The notes under the pieces were generated by a model, which did no database searches, was not told the origin of the DNA, and was given only the letters and a program-made list of their open reading frames with translations. Shown here piece after piece: positions 13,468-21,808 of a DNA stretch of 25,311 nucleotides. The first letter of the stretch is position 1. The number at the start of each line of letters is the position of its first letter. Both the position numbers and the translations under genes were made by a program. Origin of the DNA: Planctomycetaceae bacterium (lineage in GTDB: Bacteria; Planctomycetota; Planctomycetia; Planctomycetales; Planctomycetaceae); the NCBI GenBank assembly GCA_019636285.1, contig JAHBXV010000067.1, forward strand, positions 1 through 25,311, written 5' to 3'.

Positions 13468-16092
13468 TCACAGCTTGACCCTCCTCAAGCGGAGTGCGTT
13501 GCCCACCACGGACAAGGAACTAAAGCTCATGGCCACACTGGCCCAGACTGGTGAGATCAAGAGGCCGAAAACCGGGTAGAGTAATCCGGCTGCCACAGGG
13601 ACGCTGGCCACGTTGTAGACAAACGCCAGGAACAAGTTCTGGCGGATGTTGGCCATCGTGGCGCGGCTCAACCGGAGCGCACGAACCAGCGACCGCAGGT
13701 CGCCGTGAACCAGGGTGATTCCGGCGCTCTCCATCGCCACATCCGTCCCCGAACCCATCGCGATACCGATGTGGGCCTGAGCGAGCGCAGGGGCGTCGTT
13801 GATTCCGTCTCCGGCCATCGCGACCACACGCCCCTCAGCTTGCAGACGCTTCACCACGTCGAGCTTTTGATTCGGCAGCACCTCGGCAATCACTTCGTCG
13901 ATGCCCAGCGATTTTGCCACCGCATCCGCTGTGCGGCGACTGTCGCCTGTCAACATGATGATTCTCAATCCCGCCTCTTGGAGCGCGCGGATCGCGTCTG
14001 CCGTGGTGGGCTTGATCCGATCCGCCACGCCAATCATCCCCGCGAGGCGTCCGTCGATGGCGACACACATCACGGTCTGCCCTTCGCCACGCAGTTCGTC
14101 CATGCGAGCGGCATGGTCCGCGAGGTCGATCGCGTGATCGGCCATCAGCCCTGCATTTCCCAAGGCGACGGACACTCCCTCGACGACACCGGTAACGCCC
14201 TTGCCGGTGACGGACTGAAACTCATCCGTTTGGGCCAGTGTCACACCACGTTCATTGGCCCCCTTAATGATGGCATCGGCCAGTGGATGCTCGCTGCCTC
14301 GTTCCAGAGACGCTGCCAGCCGCAGCACCTCGTCCGCCGTGAAGCCTGGAGTTGGTTCGACATTGATCAGACGCGGCTTGCCTTCGGTCAGTGTCCCGGT
14401 CTTGTCCACAACGAGCGTGTCGGCACGTTGCAGGACTTCCAGTGATTCTGCATTTTTGATGAGGACACCGTTCTCCGCACCGCGGCCCACTCCCACCATG
14501 ATCGACATCGGTGTCGCCAGCCCCAACGCACACGGACAGGCGATAATTAGAACCGCGACGGCATTCACAAGAGCATGTGCGAGCCGTGGCTCGGCTCCGA
14601 AAAGACTCCAGGCGATGAACGTCAGGGCGCTCACACCAATGACAACCGGGACGAAGTACCGCGACGCCTGATCGACGACGCGTTCAATGGGAGCACGGGT
14701 CCGCTGGGCGTCACCCACCATGCGGACGATCTGTGCGAGCAACGTGTCGGAGCCAACTTTTTCAGCTCGGATCAGCAAACTGCCTGTGCCGTTGATGGTG
14801 GCCGAGATCACCTTGTCATCCAACTGCTTCTCGACCGGCAACGGCTCGCCCGAGATCATAGACTCATCGACGGAACTGCGTCCCTCGACAACGATGCCGT
14901 CTGCGGTGACTTTCTCGCCGGGGCGGACGCGGAGCAGGTCACCATGCCGAATCAACTCCAGCGGTACATCCTCTTCCTTTCCGTCAGCAGTGACTCGTCG
15001 GGCCATCTTTGGAGCGAGGCCCAGCAACCGTTTGATCGCTCCACTCGTCTGGCTCCGAGCTTTCAACTCCAGGACCTGTCCGAGCAGGATCAGCACCGTG
15101 ACGACGACGGCCGTATCGAAATAGGGCATCACCGAACCGTTTGCATGGCGAAAGCCTTCAGGAAAGACGTCTGGAGCGACGGTGGCAATCAGGCTGTAGA
15201 GATAGGCTGAGCCAACACCCAGCGCGATCAGGGTGAACATGTTCGGGCTGAGGTTCCGAATCGACAGCCAGGCCCGCTCGAAGAAGGGCCAGCCGCACCA
15301 GAAAACGATCGGAGTTGCGAGGAGCAGTTGTCCCCAGTTCAGCCCAGCCGCCCAGTGGTGAAGCGGATTGTTGGGGAGCATATCGGCCATCGCCACCACG
15401 AACACCGGCAGCCCCAGGATCAGACCCACCCAGAATCGTCGCGTCATATCTGCTTGTTCGTGGCTTGGTCCGTCTTGTAACTCGACAGTGCGCGGCTCCA
15501 GAGCCATCCCGCATTTCGAGCAGGAGCCGGGATGATCGCTCACCACTTCCGGGTGCATCGGACAGACATACTCCACTTTCAAGGTCGCAGGCTGATCGAT
15601 CGGTTCCAGCCCCATGCCACATTTCGGACAGACGCCGGGGCCAACCTGTCGCACCTCGGGGTGCATCGGACAGGTGTACTCGGCACCGTCCTTCCCAGCC
15701 ACAACCAGGGCGACGTCCTTCAAGTATTGCGAGGGATCGGCCACAAACTTCTGCTGGCAATGCGTACTGCAAAAATAGTACGCCCGCCCGGCATGATTCG
15801 CGGTTGCTACCGCTTTGCCGGGATCAACCGTCATGCCACACACCGGATCATGTGACGCCATCACATCGTGCGACTGGTGTGCGCAGCACGAATGTTCTGC
15901 CTGTGGATTCAAGAATCGCTCGGGTGCCACGCTGAACTGTTGCTGACACGACATCGAGCAAAAAAAGTAAGCGGTCCCATCATGGAGATGCGAACCAGCC
16001 GCGTGAGCCGGGTCGACGGTCATGCCGCACACGGGGTCAATCGCGGGCATTGAGCCTGCATCAAGGATGGGAAGAGCGGAGCCGATGTTCAT
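13468..16092 (-). CDS. copA: Copper(I)-translocating P1B-type ATPase with four N-terminal metal-binding modules (2x TRASH/YHS-like, 2x CPMHPE..CxxCGM HMBD-like)
   Basis: CPC motif ([13 protein letters not shown]), DKTGTLT phosphorylation site and GDGINDAP hinge. The N-terminus has DPVCGMTVD...YFFCS..C twice and CPMHPEV...CPKCGM / CPMHPEV...CSKCGM. Confidence 0.9.
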   Translation of the reverse strand: MNIGSALPILDAGSMPAIDPVCGMTVDPAHAAGSHLHDGTAYFFCSMSCQQQFSVAPERFLNPQAEHSCCAHQSHDVMASHDPVCGMTVDPGKAVATANHAGRAYYFCSTHCQQKFVADPSQYLKDVALVVAGKDGAEYTCPMHPEVRQVGPGVCPKCGMGLEPIDQPATLKVEYVCPMHPEVVSDHPGSCSKCGMALEPRTVELQDGPSHEQADMTRRFWVGLILGLPVFVVAMADMLPNNPLHHWAAGLNWGQLLLATPIVFWCGWPFFERAWLSIRNLSPNMFTLIALGVGSAYLYSLIATVAPDVFPEGFRHANGSVMPYFDTAVVVTVLILLGQVLELKARSQTSGAIKRLLGLAPKMARRVTADGKEEDVPLELIRHGDLLRVRPGEKVTADGIVVEGRSSVDESMISGEPLPVEKQLDDKVISATINGTGSLLIRAEKVGSDTLLAQIVRMVGDAQRTRAPIERVVDQASRYFVPVVIGVSALTFIAWSLFGAEPRLAHALVNAVAVLIIACPCALGLATPMSIMVGVGRGAENGVLIKNAESLEVLQRADTLVVDKTGTLTEGKPRLINVEPTPGFTADEVLRLAASLERGSEHPLADAIIKGANERGVTLAQTDEFQSVTGKGVTGVVEGVSVALGNAGLMADHAIDLADHAARMDELRGEGQTVMCVAIDGRLAGMIGVADRIKPTTADAIRALQEAGLRIIMLTGDSRRTADAVAKSLGIDEVIAEVLPNQKLDVVKRLQAEGRVVAMAGDGINDAPALAQAHIGIAMGSGTDVAMESAGITLVHGDLRSLVRALRLSRATMANIRQNLFLAFVYNVASVPVAAGLLYPVFGLLISPVWASVAMSFSSLSVVGNALRLRRVKL

Positions 16093-16128
16093 GACACTGC
16101 CTTAAAGAGAGTTCTTCTTCAGCCCGAA

Positions 16129-16974
16129 TCAATCCACTTGCAGGACCGCCGGGATCGTGAAGACCTGCCCTTGGTGCTGAAACTGTCCCCAAGCCTTGTA
16201 GATACCGGGCCGGGCGATGTGAGCCGCGAATCTCACCTGTCCATCGGTTGCCGACTCTGTTTCCGCATGAGCGTGGATGTACTCGCCCGTCCCCGCACCG
16301 ATCACCACCAGATGACCCATCGCGCCGAGATACGGCTCCAGATCCGTCACCGCTTGACCGTCGGGATGGCGGTGTGAGAACGTCACCTGCCACTCACCTT
16401 CACCCTGCTGCGCGAAGACTTCCGTTTTCACATTGCCTGCGGTGACGACCACCGGCACGTTCGCCTTCAGTTCGGGCGCGGCAGGCGGGTCTCCAGTGAC
16501 ACGTAGCTCATACCGAATGGTCTGTTGCTCCTCTCCTTTGGCTTGGCAATCCACAAAGAGCCAGTATGTTCCGGCCGTGGGAAAGGCGATCTCAATCGTA
16601 GCCTGACCGTCATTGGCCACGGTCGGATGCAGATGTTGAAACTCGTCGAGGGCATCTCGCACCACAATGAGGTGCATGACTCGTTCGTGTAGCAGGTCGA
16701 ACTCGCGCAGCGTCTTGCCATCTCGCTCCAGATGAAATTGGAGCTTCGTGGGCACGCCGGGCTTCAGATTGTCACCACCGGCGTCTATCACGAATGTTGC
16801 AGGCGCGGCTATGCCACTCATCCCCGAGATTTCCATATGCCCGCCATGATTGCCAGACGGAGTTGTTGGTCCGCCGTGTGAGGAATGGTCTGTGGATGGC
16901 GTAACCGGCGTAGTCGTTTGTTGTCCACATCCGAGCAAGCTCAGAACGATGAGTGCCACACAGGAACGAAACAT
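16129..16974 (-). CDS. Periplasmic lipoprotein with a His/Gly-rich N-terminal region (putative metal-binding), function unknown
   Basis: ATG 16974 is preceded by AGGAG. Lipobox LSLLGC. HSSHGGPTTPSGNHGGHMEISGMSG follows the lipidated Cys. 36 nt upstream of copA. Confidence 0.75.
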   Translation of the reverse strand: MFRSCVALIVLSLLGCGQQTTTPVTPSTDHSSHGGPTTPSGNHGGHMEISGMSGIAAPATFVIDAGGDNLKPGVPTKLQFHLERDGKTLREFDLLHERVMHLIVVRDALDEFQHLHPTVANDGQATIEIAFPTAGTYWLFVDCQAKGEEQQTIRYELRVTGDPPAAPELKANVPVVVTAGNVKTEVFAQQGEGEWQVTFSHRHPDGQAVTDLEPYLGAMGHLVVIGAGTGEYIHAHAETESATDGQVRFAAHIARPGIYKAWGQFQHQGQVFTIPAVLQVD

Positions 16975-17016
16975 GAAATGACTCCTGGCCTGAAGATAAG
17001 GACCAAACATTTGGCA

Positions 17017-18159
17017 TTAGCGGGACTTCGGTTTGCCGACATCAATGCGGGCGGCCAACACCACGGGTTGCCCATTGAGTTTGGACTCCCAGCAGGCGAT
17101 GACCGGTCCCTCACCATTAGTAGTGGAACTGACCATCGGATCGCGCGCGGCTCCGGCCAGTTTTTGTGGCTGATTCGAGGCGGGACTCTGTACGAGCAAA
17201 TCGCCTTCGCGACTGGTGGTCCAGACGATGACTGGTCCATTGGACGAGGAAGCGATCCACGGTTGCTCGCCGCGTCCCAGCAACTGTTCACGCCCGCCTG
17301 TGCTGACGGCGGAATAGACCTCGCCATTCCTGCGCCAAACGGTAACGAGCGAGCCATTGGGACCTGCGGCCAGCATCCCACCGTCCATCGGGCAGGCGTT
17401 GAGCTTCCAGCTTCCTTGACCGGCTTTTTTCGCAGTTGCAAACGTCTTACCGTCGTCTTTGGACGTGGCCACATACATGTCCCGGTTTCCCGCCAGCGAA
17501 TTGCGAAACATGACATGCACGGCATCGTCGCTCACCAGGATCGATGGATGGCAGCATTCGCAGACGTTGCCATCCGGAGAACGATAGACCCGCACATTGG
17601 GCTGCCAAGTCTCGCCACCATCGGTGGATTTCGACGCATAGACCTCGGATCGCTTCTCGCGCAGATCGAGCCAGGTCGCCCACACTGAGCCATCGGGACC
17701 GGATGCCATGCCGTGCAGTCCCTCACGCGCGGAGTCGGCCGCGTCGTTGACTCGCACCGGTCCCTGCCATGTCGCACCGCTATCGGTAGAGCGCCAGGCG
17801 AGCACATCTCCATCGCGGCCTTTTCCCTGCATTCCGCCCACGGCTGTCACCACCACGGCATTTCCCGCAACACTGATGCGCGGCCCGCGTCGCATCCCCA
17901 GCGACATGTTCGAGATACGAAATGCCTCTTGAGGTTTCGTGAACGTGGCCCCGGCATCCGTCGATTGGCAGTGAAATACCGCGTCACCCGATCCGTAAAT
18001 GAGATGAACAGTACCATCCGTGGCCACCGCAGCCTGCGGCTGTTTGGGGGACTGTCCAGCACCACTGGTTGCAATCACGACCGGCTCGGCGGCCAACACG
18101 GGCATGGTCAGAAGGACAACAACCCAGCAGGTCAGACTTCGATAGAGACGTGTCTTCAT
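17017..18159 (-). CDS. Secreted BNR/Asp-box repeat beta-propeller protein (sialidase-like fold) containing a CECCH cysteine cluster
   Basis: Signal peptide MKTRLYRSLTCWVVVLLTMPVLAAEP. Asp-box motifs STDAGATF, STDSGATW and STDGGETW. The motif DGNVCECCHPS is present. Confidence 0.8.
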   Translation of the reverse strand: MKTRLYRSLTCWVVVLLTMPVLAAEPVVIATSGAGQSPKQPQAAVATDGTVHLIYGSGDAVFHCQSTDAGATFTKPQEAFRISNMSLGMRRGPRISVAGNAVVVTAVGGMQGKGRDGDVLAWRSTDSGATWQGPVRVNDAADSAREGLHGMASGPDGSVWATWLDLREKRSEVYASKSTDGGETWQPNVRVYRSPDGNVCECCHPSILVSDDAVHVMFRNSLAGNRDMYVATSKDDGKTFATAKKAGQGSWKLNACPMDGGMLAAGPNGSLVTVWRRNGEVYSAVSTGGREQLLGRGEQPWIASSSNGPVIVWTTSREGDLLVQSPASNQPQKLAGAARDPMVSSTTNGEGPVIACWESKLNGQPVVLAARIDVGKPKSR

Positions 18160-18280
18160 AGTGATCGCCTTGGAGGAAATGAGTGCTTGCCAATGTGCGT
18201 TTGCAGTAGAGCCAGCCATTTCAGAGAACCGATCCGATACCTGCTCCCACGCTTCTGACTTCGACGAAATCGCACCGCGG

Positions 18281-18673
18281 CTACTGATCCGCCGTGTTGC
18301 CGGCCTTCAATGCCGCGACCTTCGCCAGCGTCTCGTCGGGATTCTTGAGGGCCTTCGCCTTGCAGCCGGAACAGCAGACGAAGACGGGTTCGCCTTTGAT
18401 CTCGAACTTGATGGGTGTTCCCATCGAACCCAGACGGGACTGATTCATCACGGCACAGAACTGCTGGGCCTTCGCCAAGGCCTGGTCCTGCGGGCTCAGC
18501 TTGGCCAGCAAGACCGAGACTTTGGAATCGTCAGCTTCAGCAGAATGATCGTCGTGACTGGCCTGCGCTGACGAAGCCGGTGTCGTGGGTGGAGTCTGTG
18601 TCTGACAGCCCACAGCCAGCGCAACAGCGACAAGTGGTAAGAATGTGATGGCCAACTTCCGCGAATGAAACAT
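18281..18673 (-). CDS. Small lipoprotein with a C-terminal TRASH/YHS-like metal-binding domain
   Basis: Lipobox LAVGC. C-terminal FCAVMNQ...GEPVFVCCSGCKAKALKNPDE matches the TRASH pattern C..M....G..YFCS..C...NP. Confidence 0.75.
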   Translation of the reverse strand: MFHSRKLAITFLPLVAVALAVGCQTQTPPTTPASSAQASHDDHSAEADDSKVSVLLAKLSPQDQALAKAQQFCAVMNQSRLGSMGTPIKFEIKGEPVFVCCSGCKAKALKNPDETLAKVAALKAGNTADQ

Positions 18674-18726
18674 GATTTGGTCTCCGATGAATGGTCTTTG
18701 TGTCGGTACCGCAAGAAGGACGGAAA

Positions 18727-19644
18727 TTACTTGATGTAGGTATCCGGGGTCTTGACTTCCTCGGGATGCTCTTTGGCGAGCTTCACAAACTCATCCACGC
18801 AGGGTGGGCAGCAGAACTGGTACGGCAGTCCACCGATGATCCAGGTGAAGTTGGGATTGGCCCTGGTCATCGAGATGGGACATATCTTGTCACCGGGATT
18901 TGGCTTTGCGTTGTGCGACGACATCAAGCCCTTGAACTTCTGCGAGGCGGTCACTTTGCCGTTGGCCGCGATGTCAGCTTCCGTGTACTTGCCACCCGGT
19001 GTCAGATACAGCGCCTGCTCCTCAGCGGCTGGCAAACTGGCGGGCATTTCTTCCTGATGGGTCTCCGTCTGCGTCGTAAATCCCACGCGGAATCGCTCGC
19101 CATTGATTCGGATGTTCGGAATCGTGATTTCCAGAGGCTTGCCCCTCAGGTCCTCCGGCAACTCCCCTAAGAACTGAGAGGTCTGGCCTGGCCTGTCCCC
19201 CTCCTGCGGCGTCGCGATTAAATCCACCGGTACAGCATCGGGCTGTCCGACAACTTTGACATACGCCTTGATCGGCTGCTCGTCGACTTCTTGTATCCGC
19301 GACTCATCCTTGCCGAGCGTGAGCAGTCGGAACGCTCCCCCCTTCTCAATCACCGCCTCAGCGTGATAGCTGTCCGTTCCGATGGGGACGATGATTCCAC
19401 CATGCGAGCCCGGCTTGTGTGCGTGATCACTCTCGGCTGGCATGGCGACCCCACCGGGGTTGCTGGTGACCGTGGCAGGGTTTGGATTTGCTGGCGCGGT
19501 TGCCGCTGCCCCCTGCGAAGACGCGGTTGCTTGAGACGTGGCGTCAGTCCGTCGAGCCTGGTTCTGGCCGCAGCCGATCGCGAACAGAAACGAAATGCTC
19601 AGCAGCGCAAAGCCGGTGAGAGAAAGCGAGTTGCGTGTAGACAT
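18727..19644 (-). CDS. Lipoprotein with an N-terminal H-x-H..GG..YHAE motif region and a C-terminal TRASH-like domain (CPISM...YQFCCPPCVDEF)
   Basis: ATG 19644 is preceded by GGAGGAA. Lipobox FAIGC. HAHKPGSHGGIIVPIGTDSYHAEAV is a paralogous motif to the 21270-21776 protein. Confidence 0.75.
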   Translation of the reverse strand: MSTRNSLSLTGFALLSISFLFAIGCGQNQARRTDATSQATASSQGAAATAPANPNPATVTSNPGGVAMPAESDHAHKPGSHGGIIVPIGTDSYHAEAVIEKGGAFRLLTLGKDESRIQEVDEQPIKAYVKVVGQPDAVPVDLIATPQEGDRPGQTSQFLGELPEDLRGKPLEITIPNIRINGERFRVGFTTQTETHQEEMPASLPAAEEQALYLTPGGKYTEADIAANGKVTASQKFKGLMSSHNAKPNPGDKICPISMTRANPNFTWIIGGLPYQFCCPPCVDEFVKLAKEHPEEVKTPDTYIK

Positions 19645-19817
19645 GGTTGAGTTCCTCCGTTTCGCTCGCGCAGCATCAAGCAGCGGTCGAAACAGCCAAA
19701 TTGCATTGGGAAAGCAAGCGACAGCACGGCGAACTGCCGAACAATCACTACTGCAAAGCCAGAACTGTTTGGGCTACCACTCTGCTCAGCAGAGGAGCCT
19801 GACAGGGCGAGAAGAGA

Positions 19818-20261
19818 TCAGCAGCGGAGTGAGTTCACCGCGCGCAAAATGCCAACGCCATCCAAGCGAGGAAAGGCAGTGGGCCAGCAGAAGGTTGCCT
19901 TCAATGGAGCAACTTCTACCAAGGACGGCCATTCATGATGTGGCGCAACGATAAGCTGGCGTGCCCATCCGTCGTGCGAAATGGATGGAACGACCACGTC
20001 ACTGGCCAGGTTGGCCGAATTGATTTTCCCGTTCTTACAGGGGCATTCGTGTCCAGACCCATCCGAGGAATTGGGGGATTGGTCCGTCGAATCGTTTGAA
20101 GTATGACAACAGCACGAATCGGGCGCTGTCTCGCAAGCCTCGACTGGTCCCAAGGCCGCAAGCGTGCAACAACAGAACGACTGCCCGAAGAGCGTCGTTA
20201 CCATCAACAGCAGCGAAAGAGCCTTGCGTCCCACAATTGTTGTCCCTTGGGGCGAGTTCAA
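19818..20261 (-). CDS. Candidate secreted Cys/His-rich small protein (CCC..CETAPDSCCCH..HECPC); coding status uncertain
   Basis: 147-aa ORF starting at TTG. Signal-peptide-like N-terminus with an AXA site (VEA-CE). GC3 is lower than in neighbouring genes. Adjacent to an IS remnant. Confidence 0.3.
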   Translation of the reverse strand: MNSPQGTTIVGRKALSLLLMVTTLFGQSFCCCTLAALGPVEACETAPDSCCCHTSNDSTDQSPNSSDGSGHECPCKNGKINSANLASDVVVPSISHDGWARQLIVAPHHEWPSLVEVAPLKATFCWPTAFPRLDGVGILRAVNSLRC

Positions 20262-20337
20262 ACTCGCCTGATCGAACTTCTTTCATTCTATCGATGACCA
20301 GTCAAGGCGGGAAGAGCAGATTCATTCCAGACTGCTG

Positions 20338-20600
20338 ATGTACGACCGGGATACGAAGTTTACGAATGCGTTTGATGCGATCTTCGACCAGGAGGGAGCG
20401 GAAGGAGAACAGACGGCATTTCGGTCGCCGAGCACCAACGCTTTCGTTGAGCGGTTCATCCAGACATTGCAGCAGGAAGTCCTGGATCACTTCGTCGTTT
20501 TCGGTGAGCAGCACATGGACCACTTGGTGTCGGAAACCGTCGAGCACTACCACGATGAGAGGCCACTCCAGTCATTGGGGAATGAGCCACCGGTGAATCG
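20338..20600 (+). pseudogene. Truncated remnant of a DDE transposase/integrase (C-terminal about 85 aa of an rve-type core: [10 protein letters not shown]...[22 protein letters not shown]...[16 protein letters not shown])
   Basis: The reading frame has no upstream continuation, so the N-terminal catalytic region is absent. Opposite orientation to the surrounding operon. The tandem repeat CGGTTAAGCG-CGGTTAAGCG lies at 20664-20683. Confidence 0.55.
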
Positions 20601-20819
20601 CCAGACGACGGAAACCCCAGACAGCGATACCGACGAGACCAAGCTGCGGATCGTCCGCCGCGAGCGGTTAAGCGCGGTTAAGCGGGTGGCTCAATCGCTA
20701 TTCCTTGAGAGCGGCATGAGTTCTCCGTCGTACGTTTATTGGCAGTGGGAAGCCATGGTGCGGAACGCAGCTGTGCATCCAGGTACTGGTCTGCTTCCTC
20801 GGATGATCCGAGATGGTCG

Positions 20820-21161
20820 TCAGATGGCTTTCGGGCCAAACGCCAGCCAGAGTCCAATGGCCATACTTGCCAACAGCAGTCCCAACCCGATTGCCGACCA
20901 GAAGTCGAGATTGAGTCGCTCGGCGAACGCGAGCGGCACAAAGAAGGGCAGGCCGAGGGGAACGAGGATCAGCGTTTCTCGCGCCATGGTCGAGAGACTT
21001 TTCAGGTCGTGATCGCGAAACCAGGCAGCTCCGAAGGCGAGAATGCTGACCAGCGGTAGACTCAGCAGCAACGCCCCGGCCCTGGGCATCCGGCGGGAGA
21101 GTTCAGAGACGGCCAGGATGATGCACCCCGGCACGACGACGCGGAGCACGAATGACACCAT
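20820..21161 (-). CDS. Small integral membrane protein (about 113 aa, 3-4 TM), hypothetical
   Basis: Hydrophobic ORF. ATG 21161 has GAGGA about 13 nt upstream. An alternative upstream ATG lies at 21206. Confidence 0.5.
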   Translation of the reverse strand: MVSFVLRVVVPGCIILAVSELSRRMPRAGALLLSLPLVSILAFGAAWFRDHDLKSLSTMARETLILVPLGLPFFVPLAFAERLNLDFWSAIGLGLLLASMAIGLWLAFGPKAI

Positions 21162-21269
21162 CGCTGGAACATCCTCTGTGGAATCGCCACTTGGCAGACG
21201 AAGCATTCGCCCCTCTCAGCTCGCGCCGACGAGGGGCCAACGCCGTAAACCGTTTTGCTTGAGAATCGG

Positions 21270-21776
21270 CTATTCCTTGAACGTCCCCTGCGAGGGCTTG
21301 CCGTCAATTTCGCCGAGAACCGTGCCTTCGAAGTCAGCGACATTGCCAATTCCGGGGTCCGTCCCCACGAACTTGGCCGTCTTGCCCTCCTGCGCATCCA
21401 CCGGAGTGAGCTTGACTGTCATTGGCGCGACCACGGTGCCGTCCGCCGTCTTGGTTTCCTTAGTCGTCAGCGTGAGTTCCGTAGCGGAAACGGGAAGCGG
21501 CTTGGCATCTGTCGCATCTCCGGTCACGAACAGGACCGTGCATTCCTTCTTGGGGTGATCCACGGTGAATTCTGCGTGGTACTTGCCCATGTCAAACACC
21601 ACGCCGCCATTCGGTCCACTGCCGTGGGAGTGTCCTGCCTCTTCAGGCTTCGCGGCGTTGCTCGTGGTAGCCGGTGGTGCTGTCGCTGGGGCAGGCGCGT
21701 TAGGCTGCCCGCCACAACCCGCCATCGTCAGAGCAGCGGTCACCAGGCACAGATGGGCGATCTTCTTGAACATCAT
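21270..21776 (-). CDS. Periplasmic lipoprotein with the H-x-H..GG..YHAE motif (putative metal-binding), paralogous to the N-domain of the 18727-19644 protein
   Basis: SD AAGGAGA lies 6 nt before ATG 21776. The ORF-track GTG start at 21791 falls inside the SD. Lipobox TMAGC. Motif GHSHGSGPNGGVVFDMGKYHAEF. Confidence 0.7.
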   Translation of the reverse strand: MMFKKIAHLCLVTAALTMAGCGGQPNAPAPATAPPATTSNAAKPEEAGHSHGSGPNGGVVFDMGKYHAEFTVDHPKKECTVLFVTGDATDAKPLPVSATELTLTTKETKTADGTVVAPMTVKLTPVDAQEGKTAKFVGTDPGIGNVADFEGTVLGEIDGKPSQGTFKE

Positions 21777-21808
21777 CTCATTCTCCTTCACTCGGAAACA
21801 CAGATCAT

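Noticed and set aside
12677-13579. 300-aa plus-strand ORF, and similar plus-strand ORFs at 13705-14445 and 14575-15210
   Set aside because: All are antisense to the MFP and copA genes. No motifs.
15158-15772. 204-aa minus-strand ORF inside copA in another frame
   Set aside because: Overlaps the strongly supported copA frame. Arg/Gly-rich.
20035-20286. 83-aa minus-strand ORF ([17 protein letters not shown]...) overlapping the Cys-rich ORF
   Set aside because: Shorter alternative frame of the same region without distinctive features. I kept only the longer Cys-rich frame, and that only as a low-confidence candidate.
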